Below, piece after piece: positions 1 to 8,874 of a DNA stretch of 47,341 bases. Under the pieces are notes generated by a model. That model was not told the DNA's origin, made no database searches, and saw nothing but the letters and a program-made list of their open reading frames with translations. Every line of letters starts with the position of its first letter. Position 1 is the stretch's first letter. Origin of the DNA: a bacterium (GTDB taxonomy: Bacteria; Patescibacteriota; Minisyncoccia; UBA6257; GWB1-50-10); NCBI GenBank assembly GCA_021812365.1, contig JAKANQ010000004.1:1-47341 (forward strand), in the 5' to 3' direction. Both the position numbers and the translations under genes were made by a program.

Positions 1-1704
1 AAGAAGCTTTTCCTTTTGAGCGGACTTCTGTCCGTGCTCTTCGCCTGTGGCGGCGGTGGTGGCGGTTCTACGCCCCCGCCTCCTCCTCCGGCCCCCACTC
101 CGCTCTCCGTCTCGTCCGTGAACCCCACGAACAATGCGACGAGCGTCCCCGTGACGACGAAGGTCACCTTCGTCTTCTCGGCCTCGCTCGATCCAGGAAC
201 GGTCACCGCGAGTTCTGTCACGCTTCTCGCAAACAACGTCGTCGTCCCGGCTACGGTCTCGACCTCGAATGCCACAGTCACCCTGACTCCCAGTGCTCCG
301 CTCAACTACTCGAGCGTGTACACGACGAAGGTTCTGACCTCGGTGAAGAACACGAGTGGAACCGCGCTCTCTGCGCAGTTCTCCTCCTCCTTCACCACGG
401 CTTCGTACGTCGATACCACGCCTCCGACCGTTGTTTCCGTGAATCCCACGACGAACGCCACGAACGTGCCCATCTCAACCTCGGTCTCCGTGACCTTCTC
501 TGAGCCTGTGGCAGAGAGCTCCGTGAACGCCACCTCGTGTGAGCTTCTTCTCGGTGCGGTGCAGGTCTCTGCGAGCATCTCGTTCGACACGACTGGCAAG
601 GTGGTCACCCTGACCCCTGCCTCTCCGCTTGCCTACGCGAGCACGTACTCCGTGGTCCTTACGACCTCGGTCACGGATCTCGCGGGCAATGCGCTCGCGT
701 CGCAGTTCTCGTCGTCCTTCGTGACGGCTGCTGCTCCGCCTCCTGCCTTCACGCCCTTCGGGCTCGATACGCAGTATCAGATGGATACCGTCGCGGCTGA
801 TGAGACCGGAAATGTGTTCGTGTCCGGTCACACCACTGCGACACCGACGAATGCGTTCGTCGCGAAGTTTGATTCGACCGGGAAGCTCTTGGTGTTGAAC
901 AGCAACCTAGGTCTCGCTGCGGGTTTCTACCCCTATGGGAACATCTACGTGCATGGCGGCAATGCGTATGTGCCGGTGAAGAATGATGCCCCCAATTCCA
1001 TTATGGTTGCCAAGCTGAATGCTGATACGCTGAATACTCTTGTATTCGCTTCAGTACACGATGGTTCGAAACCCTCCGTGGTTGCGGACAATTCGGGCAA
1101 TCTCTTCATCACGAGCTACGATATGACCATGAAGACGGATCTGTTTTTTGCTCCCGAGGTCAATATTTCCTACGCTGGTGGCACGTCAATCGCTCTCGCG
1201 TTCAATGGAGTCATCGTCGCGGGAAAGACCAACACCGTCACCTCCGTGACGCGGAGAGATTTGAATCTCGCCGTGACATGGAACGAGGTGTCGAGTACTT
1301 CTGGGTGCGATGTGTTCGGTACGTCTTCCTCGGCCGCCGCATCAATGTTCTACGTTTCAGGAACTACGTTCGACGCGACTGTGTCGAATGCTACCCACTA
1401 TCCCTTCGTGAAGGGGTACAAGTACCAGAACGTCGGTGGGGTGGAGACCATCTCGCTTTCGTGGAATACCGCGCTCGCCGGCACCGATATGATGAATGCC
1501 ACCGGCGGTTCGGATGGTTCGCACTACGCCGTTTGCGCGGGACCTGATGTGCTCTACAAGGTCCTTTCGGATGGCACGCTTGCGTGGACCGCGCCTCTCG
1601 CGCGTAAATCGTACGGTGTCGCCGAATACAATGGCACGGTGTTCGTTTCCGATATGACCAATGTGCTCACGGTCATGAATGGGCAGACAGGCGCGCGGCA
1701 ATAA
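1..1704 (+). CDS. Lipoprotein-like surface protein with two Ig-like (Big_5-type) domains and a C-terminal beta-propeller-like region; 5'-truncated by window edge
   Basis: Frame open from base 1 (KKLFLLSGLLSVLFA-CGGGGGG, lipobox-like); two repeats 'SVNPT.NAT.VP..T.V...FS..LTP..PL.Y.S.Y'; strongly C/G-ending codons. Confidence 0.75.
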   Translation, partial: KKLFLLSGLLSVLFACGGGGGGSTPPPPPPAPTPLSVSSVNPTNNATSVPVTTKVTFVFSASLDPGTVTASSVTLLANNVVVPATVSTSNATVTLTPSAPLNYSSVYTTKVLTSVKNTSGTALSAQFSSSFTTASYVDTTPPTVVSVNPTTNATNVPISTSVSVTFSEPVAESSVNATSCELLLGAVQVSASISFDTTGKVVTLTPASPLAYASTYSVVLTTSVTDLAGNALASQFSSSFVTAAAPPPAFTPFGLDTQYQMDTVAADETGNVFVSGHTTATPTNAFVAKFDSTGKLLVLNSNLGLAAGFYPYGNIYVHGGNAYVPVKNDAPNSIMVAKLNADTLNTLVFASVHDGSKPSVVADNSGNLFITSYDMTMKTDLFFAPEVNISYAGGTSIALAFNGVIVAGKTNTVTSVTRRDLNLAVTWNEVSSTSGCDVFGTSSSAAASMFYVSGTTFDATVSNATHYPFVKGYKYQNVGGVETISLSWNTALAGTDMMNATGGSDGSHYAVCAGPDVLYKVLSDGTLAWTAPLARKSYGVAEYNGTVFVSDMTNVLTVMNGQTGARQ

Positions 1705-1721
1705 TGCGCGCTTCAACAAAT

Positions 1722-1752
1722 GCCCCCGCTCATCGCGGGGGCCTTTTTATTT
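1722..1752 (+). terminator. Intrinsic terminator, CCCCGC family
   Basis: GCCCCCGC-TCATC-GCGGGGGC then T-tract. Confidence 0.85.
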
Positions 1753-1854
1753 TCAAATTGATTGTCCAAGAACTTATTCACTGAATATATAATATTAGAA
1801 ATTATCGGTGTGGTATAATAATAATGTCGAAGTAAAAGAATTCAAACAATAACT

Positions 1855-2364
1855 ATGGAATTGAGGAAGGATCTTATAGGGCTTATGATAGGCGTCGTTG
1901 TGGTTGTGGTCGGAATCGCACTCTATGTAGGCGGTGCATTCAAAAAGAGCGTTGAAGCTCCTCTGAGTTCCGATGTAAATGCCGTGCCTCCGGTGACGGT
2001 TTCCGTGGGTTCGCTTTCGGCGAGCGACGCGGGAAAGCAAATGACTCCTCCTCAAGATACCTACAAGGATCCGAGCGGTAAGGGCCCCTCGGTTTTTTCA
2101 TATAATCTTACCGCGCAAGGCGGAGCCTATTCTCCGAATGAACTTATCGTCGCAAAAGGGGAGCGCGTGCAGATCAATTTCAAGGCCGCTGATGCGGATT
2201 ATGATTTGCAGATAGCGCCGCCAATCGGCCTCTATGTGATAGCGAAAAAGGGCGAGGTGGCTTCGTTCGGGTTTGACGCGGCTCAGGCGGGGCGATACCA
2301 ATTTGCCTGCTCAAAGATGTGTCCAAGCGGCAGTGAGATGAAAGGGGCAATCGTTATTAAATAA
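1855..2364 (+). CDS. Membrane-anchored cupredoxin-like protein
   Basis: N-terminal TM helix; 'YSPNELIVAKGERVQINF' and 'GRYQFACSKMCPSGSEMKGAIVIK' cupredoxin-type C-terminus. Confidence 0.75.
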   Translation: MELRKDLIGLMIGVVVVVVGIALYVGGAFKKSVEAPLSSDVNAVPPVTVSVGSLSASDAGKQMTPPQDTYKDPSGKGPSVFSYNLTAQGGAYSPNELIVAKGERVQINFKAADADYDLQIAPPIGLYVIAKKGEVASFGFDAAQAGRYQFACSKMCPSGSEMKGAIVIK

Positions 2365-2365
2365 T

Positions 2366-3721
2366 ATGAATAACAAAAAAAATCTTTTAAGAATAGGGAT
2401 TGCAATGGGGGTGTTTGTGTTTTTGCTTGTGGGACTTTCTTTTCCGAAGCATGCAAAGGCAATATGTGCGGGTCCTGATCCTTGCGGTAGTGGAACGACG
2501 CCGACAGCTGCACCTACATTAAATGTTGTGCAGGCTCTAGGTGGCTCTTCGGTTTATTTTTCTTGGACGAATAATGATGGCGGAGCGGGTACTTATTATA
2601 TCTATCAATCTACTGATAATGTCACATTTTCTGTGGTGGCATCAACCACCGCTCTTTCTTTTAATCTTCTTCACGTATACCCAGGTTTCCTTCCTGCAAG
2701 TTGTGTTGGTGGATCCAGCTATAAGTATTATTACTACATAAAAGAGGCGGTGTCGGGGCAGCTTGTTTCTCCCGCTTCAGCTACAGCTTCCCCCATTTTT
2801 ATGTGCCCACCTACAATACAATCGGTATCAACCGTTTCACAAACACAACTTACTGTGTCTTGGACTGATAACGCAGATGATGAGGCCGGGTTTTATGTGT
2901 ATAGAGATGGGCTTCTTGTTGCGTCAAGTCAGCCGGGTACCGGTACTGGTTCAACACTTGCGTTTGGAGAAGCAGCATTTACCTGTGGTACAAAACATAC
3001 ATATTATGTGAAAGCTTATAATGGCGCAAATATTTCCGATAATAGTGCCACTCTGACTGGCGTGACTGCGCCATGTGCACCGACTTCTGGATCAATTAGT
3101 GTTGTATCACCAACTCAAATTACTGTATCATGGACTTTAAATGGAACATGGGTTGATGCATATCAGATATATAGGGGCTCATATCTTGCTGCCAGTCAGA
3201 CTTTGAATGCTAACTCAACTGGGGTTTCTCTTCAGGATTCCGGATTGCAGTGTGGAACTACATACTCATATTTGTTGAGATTGTGGGGCGGTGGGGCTTC
3301 TACAAATTCGGCGACAATAACAGGCACAACACCTTCCTGCGTCTCCGCTCCCGCGCCGGTAGCGTCTGCGCTCGCAACTCCGGTTTCTGGAAGTCCATCA
3401 ATCAATTCAAGCTGGGCAGGAACATTTGATGGGGTGCGTGTCTATTTGAAAGGACCAACCGGATATTCATTAGCAGGAGATTTCGCTTCGGCAATTAAAG
3501 CAACCTCATTTGCGGGATTAAAATGTCCATATCCTTATACTGCATATTATTTGGCGTATAATAATGACCCTTCTGTTTCCGGCACTGATGCATCGTGCTC
3601 AAGTGCGCTGAGTAATATGGGTATAAGCGGACCCGCGGCACCTACAGGAGCGAAATGTGCCACTGCCATCTCAGCATCCGTCGATATGCGGTTCTGTACC
3701 CAACAATTCCTTGGTAACTAA
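2366..3721 (+). CDS. Secreted Cys-rich fibronectin type III-like repeat protein (paralog 1)
   Basis: Signal peptide; repeats 'S.TQ.TVSWT...Y..YR...CGT...Y'; ends RFCTQQFLGN. Confidence 0.75.
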   Translation: MNNKKNLLRIGIAMGVFVFLLVGLSFPKHAKAICAGPDPCGSGTTPTAAPTLNVVQALGGSSVYFSWTNNDGGAGTYYIYQSTDNVTFSVVASTTALSFNLLHVYPGFLPASCVGGSSYKYYYYIKEAVSGQLVSPASATASPIFMCPPTIQSVSTVSQTQLTVSWTDNADDEAGFYVYRDGLLVASSQPGTGTGSTLAFGEAAFTCGTKHTYYVKAYNGANISDNSATLTGVTAPCAPTSGSISVVSPTQITVSWTLNGTWVDAYQIYRGSYLAASQTLNANSTGVSLQDSGLQCGTTYSYLLRLWGGGASTNSATITGTTPSCVSAPAPVASALATPVSGSPSINSSWAGTFDGVRVYLKGPTGYSLAGDFASAIKATSFAGLKCPYPYTAYYLAYNNDPSVSGTDASCSSALSNMGISGPAAPTGAKCATAISASVDMRFCTQQFLGN

Positions 3722-3731
3722 ATTAATAACC

Positions 3732-4220
3732 ATGAATAATACAAATAAAATTATCATATCGGTTATGGTTGCTGGAATTATCGGCGCGGCATACTACTTC
3801 TATAAACCAGAGCAGCAGATAAGCGTGGGAAATGGCGCAGCCACTTCTACCGCTCAATCGCCCTATGAACAGCAGGTTTCCGCATTAGCCGGCGCGCCGC
3901 TTACCAAGGCGCAAAAAGAGGAGGCGCTCACCGCAAGCGGACCGGAAAAATTAAAGATATTTGATGTTGCGATAGCAACTGATTCAATCAATCCAAACGC
4001 GATAGTGGTGGAAAAAGGTGATTTGATTCAATTAAATGTGCGTTCTGATAGAGATGTGAAGTTTGAATCGAAGGACCTGCAATTCACCTCAACTATCAAA
4101 GGAGGGGAGCCATATGGAGTGAGTATTCCCGTGGCTAACGTGGGAACATACACGTTCTATTGTCAGGACGGAAACTCGAAGACTATTTTTGGTCACATTG
4201 TAGTGATGCCGCGGGGATGA
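3732..4220 (+). CDS. Membrane-anchored cupredoxin-like protein (paralog 2)
   Basis: Start moved to ATG 3732 (MNNTNKIII); 'NPNAIVVEKGDLIQLNV...GTYTFYC'; stop overlaps next ATG (ATGA). Confidence 0.7.
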   Translation: MNNTNKIIISVMVAGIIGAAYYFYKPEQQISVGNGAATSTAQSPYEQQVSALAGAPLTKAQKEEALTASGPEKLKIFDVAIATDSINPNAIVVEKGDLIQLNVRSDRDVKFESKDLQFTSTIKGGEPYGVSIPVANVGTYTFYCQDGNSKTIFGHIVVMPRG

Positions 4221-5281
4221 ACAACAAACATCTTTTAAGAATCGTATTTGGAATTGGCGTAGTTGTGCTTCTCTTTGTGGCATTCTCAGTTTCACATCAT
4301 GTGAACGCAGTTTGCTCTCCATATCCCGATTGTCTTGGCGGTGGTGCGTTTCCAACCTCCGCGCCCACATTAAATATTGTACAGTGGATGGGTGGTTCGC
4401 AGATAAATTCATCTTGGACGGATAATGACCCCCCAGGAACCTTTTTCATCTATCGTTCGACTGATAATGTAAATTTTTCACTCATCACAACAACGACCGC
4501 AACTTCTTATTCTGATTATGGCGCCACTCCTTGCGGCGATACCTTTTATTATGGAGTTAAATCGATCGGTTCGGGCACGCTTTCCGCGATGTCCAACGTA
4601 TTATCGGCCACTACCGTATGTGCGCCCGCCGCGCCTACATTGAACTCGGTGACTGCGGTCTCACAGACGCAGATAAATGTGACATTTACCGATAACTCAA
4701 CGAATGAATTTGGATTCTATGTGTTTGAAAACGGGAATTATGTTACGAATCTTGTAAGCACCGCGGGAACGGGAACGGTCACCACATGGTCCGCGGCGGG
4801 ACTTACGTGCGGCACAACATATTCATTTTATATACAGGCGGAGAATACGGGAGGCCTCAGCAATTCGGCGACGATGAGTGCGACCACAAACGCGTGCATT
4901 TCTGCGCCCTCAGCCGTGTCATCGATTTTGGTGTCGCCTGTTGCGGGGAATCCGACGATAAATACGACATGGACGAGTGTCTCTGATGGTGTGCGACTTT
5001 ATGCGAAAGGATCTTCGGGATATTCGCTTGTGGGAGATTTTTCTTCCTCAATAAATAAGGACTCAATGGTCAATATGCAGTGCCCGTTTCCCTATACTCT
5101 TGGATATATCGCATATAACAATGATCCTTCAATTGCTGGCATCACTGACTCATCGTGTACGAACGCATTCAATACCGCGGGTATCGTGGGGCCCGTGGTT
5201 CCCACAGGGGTACGATGTTCTTCGGCGACGCTTAGTCCCGCGCCGCTTCGTTTTTGCACTCAACAATTTTTAGGTAATTGA
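4217..5281 (+). CDS. Secreted Cys-rich fibronectin type III-like protein (paralog 2)
   Basis: Start ATG 4217 (MNNKHLLRI) matches N-terminus of 2366 ORF; same C-terminus RFCTQQFLGN; one FN3-like repeat fewer. Confidence 0.75.
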   Translation: MNNKHLLRIVFGIGVVVLLFVAFSVSHHVNAVCSPYPDCLGGGAFPTSAPTLNIVQWMGGSQINSSWTDNDPPGTFFIYRSTDNVNFSLITTTTATSYSDYGATPCGDTFYYGVKSIGSGTLSAMSNVLSATTVCAPAAPTLNSVTAVSQTQINVTFTDNSTNEFGFYVFENGNYVTNLVSTAGTGTVTTWSAAGLTCGTTYSFYIQAENTGGLSNSATMSATTNACISAPSAVSSILVSPVAGNPTINTTWTSVSDGVRLYAKGSSGYSLVGDFSSSINKDSMVNMQCPFPYTLGYIAYNNDPSIAGITDSSCTNAFNTAGIVGPVVPTGVRCSSATLSPAPLRFCTQQFLGN

Positions 5282-5294
5282 TTACTATATAACT

Positions 5295-6251
5295 ATGGAA
5301 ACTTTTATGAGGGGGGTTGCAACGTTTTTAGTCACAGCCGTTCTTGGGGTGGTCCACTTTTTCTACAAGCCTCCCGCACCAGTTGTCTTGCAAAATGGGA
5401 CCGCGCCTATTCCTGCCACAAGTACATTTCCCGAAACCTCATCCGCAGGGAGCGCATCCGTTGCGACCGCAACAAAAAACGAAGCTGGCCCATCTGTAAT
5501 ATCCAATAACATTCCTGTGAATATTCAACCAGCACAGGCCCCCACATCTTCCAAGGTAGGATTGCTTCCTCCCGCTGCTCCTACCGGTGTCCAACTACGG
5601 ACCCCCACATCTTCCATGGCAGAAACGCTTCCCTCCACTATTCCCACTGGAATTCCATCGAGTAGTCCCACTATCTCTTCGCCCATTCAGCCGATTTCCT
5701 ATCCCGCAAGCAGCACAAACCCACTTGATGTCATTGGAAGTTTCTTATTTCCAAATACGACCACACTCGTTCCCACAAGCACCAGTGTTTCTGCTCCCAC
5801 GGCAGTGATTCCTCCTCCTCCGATGCCTGCTTCTACGGGGTCCGCACAGCCGGCTCAAACGAGCAGTGTTTCAACCGTGAGCACTTCAACAGTGCTTGAT
5901 TCGCAGATTGCGGCGCTTTCTGGATTGCCTCTTTCGACGCCGCAAAAACAGGAACCGCTTAATACCACGGGACCCGAGATGTACAAAGTATTTGATTTTG
6001 CGGTATCGGCAAATTCATTCACTCCCAACGCTATCATCGTGCTGCAGGGTGATTTGGCTCAGCTTAATGTCACCTCAAGTATCAATACCACGCTTGAATC
6101 GAAGGACCTTCAATTCAGCGTGCCTGTCACGACAGGAGGTACGTCGGCGGTGAGTATTCCTGCCACAGACGTGGGAACCTTCGTGTTCTATGCCACCGGT
6201 TCAAATTCTCAGCCCATCTTCGGATATTTCGTGGTGCGTTCGCGTACATAA
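5295..6251 (+). CDS. Membrane-anchored protein with long Pro/Ser/Thr stalk and C-terminal cupredoxin-like domain (paralog 3)
   Basis: C-terminal ~110 aa align by eye with 3732 ORF (GPE..K.FD.A, PNAI.V..GDL.QLNV, ESKDLQF, VSIP, IFG..VV). Confidence 0.7.
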   Translation: METFMRGVATFLVTAVLGVVHFFYKPPAPVVLQNGTAPIPATSTFPETSSAGSASVATATKNEAGPSVISNNIPVNIQPAQAPTSSKVGLLPPAAPTGVQLRTPTSSMAETLPSTIPTGIPSSSPTISSPIQPISYPASSTNPLDVIGSFLFPNTTTLVPTSTSVSAPTAVIPPPPMPASTGSAQPAQTSSVSTVSTSTVLDSQIAALSGLPLSTPQKQEPLNTTGPEMYKVFDFAVSANSFTPNAIIVLQGDLAQLNVTSSINTTLESKDLQFSVPVTTGGTSAVSIPATDVGTFVFYATGSNSQPIFGYFVVRSRT

Positions 6252-6296
6252 TAAGGATGTAAAGTATAACGAACGGCGTTTGCAATTGAATGAACG

Positions 6297-7463
6297 ATGA
6301 AAATTGTTGCATCTTTTTTGGTTGTGGGGGCAATCAGCGGTCTTATGATATATGCAAGCGGCGGATTCAATGCATTCGTTGAAAATCTGCTTTCTACGCG
6401 CAGTCCGTTCTCCTCAGCTGAGGAAATCAACCTTGATTCGCGTGGAAACAATATTGCTGAAATTAAAGGCTCGCTCGCAGTGAATATGAAGAAGAGCTCC
6501 GAGAAAAAAGACGCAGTACTTCTCAAACAATGTAGTGCAATACCGGGTGTGGCGGAGGCGGGTGATGTGCTCCTTAACGAAGTTGCGTGGATGGGAAGCA
6601 GGGGAGATTCAAAGCGGGAGTGGATAGAGTTGAAAAATAGTTCGTCATCGGCCATTTCTCTGGCGGGTTGGGAATTATTGGATAAAAGCGGAAAGATTGA
6701 TGTGCGTTTCGGTAAGGGCGACGTCATTCCTTCCAACGGTTTTCATATCGTTTCTCGTGGAAGTGATTTTGCGGGCACGATAAATAATAGCGATGAGGCG
6801 CTCTATCTTTTTGATGCCAATTGCGGATTGCGAGATATGGTCGTTGCAAATTCAAAATGGCCCGCGGGGGATGCGAAACAATGGATGACCGCGGAGCGAA
6901 ACTCCGATCTTGGCTGGAACACATCCCAATCGGCCGGAGGCACCCCGGGAAGAGAAAATAGCGCTACGGTGAACACATTCAATAAGAATACTAACGCTGT
7001 GGCCACCAAGCCAGTTGAATCTGCTCCTTCGGCAATTCGTATAAGCGAGGTGATGGCGGGAGGAAAAAATGATTCCGATTTTGAGTTTGTGGAGCTTTAC
7101 AACACATCCGATTCTTCCGTTTTGCTCACAGGAGTATCGCTCAAAAAGAGGAGTTCGGGGGGTACAGAGTCCACGCTTGTTTCGGAAAGCAGATTGAATG
7201 GAAAGACGCTTCCCGCACATTCCTATTTGCTGCTTGCGAATGAGAAAGGGTATACGGGAAGCGCACATGCAGACGTGGTATGGCCCTCATCTTACTCATT
7301 ATCGGAAAATAACAACGGTATTGTGGTGTATGATGCACACAATGTTGCGATTGACTCGGTACGTTGGGAGAGCATTCCCGAGGGTTCGAGCATGACTCGT
7401 GACGGGTGGGAGAACGGTTCATTCCATACCAATGCACTGCCCACTCCACAAAACTCCCACTAG
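6297..7463 (+). CDS. Secreted protein with two lamin-tail (LTD) domains
   Basis: Two copies of 'L/I.NEV/SEV...EWIELKN/EFVELYN...L.G..L' each ending TPGREN / PTPQNS. Confidence 0.8.
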   Translation: MKIVASFLVVGAISGLMIYASGGFNAFVENLLSTRSPFSSAEEINLDSRGNNIAEIKGSLAVNMKKSSEKKDAVLLKQCSAIPGVAEAGDVLLNEVAWMGSRGDSKREWIELKNSSSSAISLAGWELLDKSGKIDVRFGKGDVIPSNGFHIVSRGSDFAGTINNSDEALYLFDANCGLRDMVVANSKWPAGDAKQWMTAERNSDLGWNTSQSAGGTPGRENSATVNTFNKNTNAVATKPVESAPSAIRISEVMAGGKNDSDFEFVELYNTSDSSVLLTGVSLKKRSSGGTESTLVSESRLNGKTLPAHSYLLLANEKGYTGSAHADVVWPSSYSLSENNNGIVVYDAHNVAIDSVRWESIPEGSSMTRDGWENGSFHTNALPTPQNSH

Positions 7464-7563
7464 TCTCGCATTCCAAATCTTTTCTTGTTCCCAAAATTCT
7501 CACTAATCTCACCGCGAAACTAAAAGAAATAATAAGAAGCACTCAAACCTTCCAAAAAAGCCA

Positions 7564-7610
7564 ACGATTGGTAAATATATATACAATACATACATATATT
7601 TACCAATCGT
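7564..7610. repeat. Palindromic site, copy 1
   Basis: Perfect 17-bp inverted repeat ACGATTGGTAAATATAT (7564-7580) / ATATATTTACCAATCGT (7594-7610); followed by TGaTATACT extended -10 at 7612-7620. Confidence 0.9.
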
Positions 7611-7632
7611 GTGATATACTGATAATAAATAT

Positions 7633-8364
7633 ATGGGCGGACCTCTACTTCATGATAAAAATAAAATAAGAAAACGTGCAGAGGAGAAAAGGGAACGAGA
7701 AAGACGTACGCATGCAGAAAGTCGATTAAAAGATAGGAAGTCACGAAGATCTTCTGTGGCGGGGCGCATTCCCGAAGACTTTTTACGTAGGTTATATGTT
7801 GTGGAAAAAAAATCAATGAGGGAGATTGCTGAAGTGTGTTCGTGCTCAATACATAAGGTAGCGTATTGGATTGTTGCATACTCGATTCCGGTGAGAAATC
7901 AAGGCGATGCAGTCTATGAAGCAAAACATAAACACGGTATTTCCCTTTCTTTTGATGAAAAACATATAGAAATTAAAAGTCCTATTTTTTTATATGGAAT
8001 TGGTCTCGGAATGTATTGGGGAGCGGGATTGCGAAGCGGTAACGCTATTCGCATTGGAAGCACTAATCCAGAATTTATAAAAAAATTTATTAATTTTCTT
8101 CACTCTGTCTACGGAGTGCCGCCGAACCTTTTGCATTTTGGTCTTACAATTTCTAAGGATATAAGTGTGGACAATGCTATTTCTTTTTGGGCAAACGCTT
8201 TTTCCGTATCCGCAACGCAATTTCAAAAGCCGATTATTGTGAATTCACACAAAAAAACAGGACAGAAAAAAGAATGGAAGTACGGATTTGTTACGTTATA
8301 TTTTTTTAATTCAAAATTAAAAAAAAGATTAATGAGTGATATTAAGCAATATGAATTATCATAG
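7633..8364 (+). CDS. Basic HTH plus LAGLIDADG-like domain protein
   Basis: HTH-like 'LRRLYVVEKKSMREIAEVCSCSIHKVAYW'; 'GIGLGMYWGAG...IRIGSTNPEFIKKFINFL...YG' resembles single-motif LAGLIDADG-like proteins; AT-rich relative to neighbours. Confidence 0.6.
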   Translation: MGGPLLHDKNKIRKRAEEKRERERRTHAESRLKDRKSRRSSVAGRIPEDFLRRLYVVEKKSMREIAEVCSCSIHKVAYWIVAYSIPVRNQGDAVYEAKHKHGISLSFDEKHIEIKSPIFLYGIGLGMYWGAGLRSGNAIRIGSTNPEFIKKFINFLHSVYGVPPNLLHFGLTISKDISVDNAISFWANAFSVSATQFQKPIIVNSHKKTGQKKEWKYGFVTLYFFNSKLKKRLMSDIKQYELS

Positions 8365-8365
8365 T

Positions 8366-8406
8366 ATTGGTAAATATATATACAATTTGGATGTATATTT
8401 ACCAAT
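8366..8406. repeat. Palindromic site, copy 2
   Basis: ATTGGTAAATATA-N15-TATATTTACCAAT; first 21 bp identical to 7567-7587; same 41-bp geometry; followed by TGaTATGAT 8406-8414. Confidence 0.9.
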
Positions 8407-8425
8407 GATATGATTGGATTATGTG

Positions 8426-8468
8426 GGGTGGGAGTAGGGTGGGAGTAGGGTGGGAGTAGGGTGGGAGT
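8426..8468 (+). repeat. Tandem repeat (GGGTGGGAGTA) x3.9, G-quadruplex-forming motif
   Basis: Units at 8426, 8437, 8448 and 8459 (10 of 11 bp); eight G3 tracts. Confidence 0.9.
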
Positions 8469-8515
8469 GGTGTGGTGGGTTTGCGGAGGGGTAGGAGATT
8501 GGGTAAACTTAATCA

Positions 8516-8863
8516 ATGATTTCAATTGAAGATTTTGCAAAGATTGAATTAAGAGTTGCAAAGATACTTTCCGCGGAGCGAGTGGATGGTTCTGAAAAAC
8601 TGATGAAACTTGAGGTGGACGCGGGCGATACGGATGAGGCGGGAACTCCGCTTCGACGACAGGTGCTTGCGGGCATTACAAAGGCCTATGAACCGGAGGC
8701 ACTTCTTAATAAGGCCGTTGTCATCGTGGCAAATTTGGAACCAAGGAAATTGATGGGTATGGAAAGCAATGGAATGCTTTTGGCGGCGACCGATTCCTCG
8801 ACGGGAGTATTGGCGCTTCTTACGCCTGACCTCGATGTGGCCCCCGGAAGTAAAATTCGTTAA
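8516..8863 (+). CDS. Stand-alone tRNA-binding OB-fold protein (MetG C-terminal / Trbp111 / CsaA family)
   Basis: 'ISIEDFAKIELRVAKILSAERVDGSEKL', 'VANLEPRKLMGMESNGMLLAA'. Confidence 0.9.
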   Translation: MISIEDFAKIELRVAKILSAERVDGSEKLMKLEVDAGDTDEAGTPLRRQVLAGITKAYEPEALLNKAVVIVANLEPRKLMGMESNGMLLAATDSSTGVLALLTPDLDVAPGSKIR

Positions 8864-8874
8864 TCATATTGCGC

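Noticed and set aside
8366-8406. dif site
   Set aside because: Contains TGTATATT but lacks the TTATGTTAAAT XerD arm and the 11-6-11 geometry
8426-8468. CRISPR array
   Set aside because: 11-bp tandem units with no spacers; no cas genes in the window
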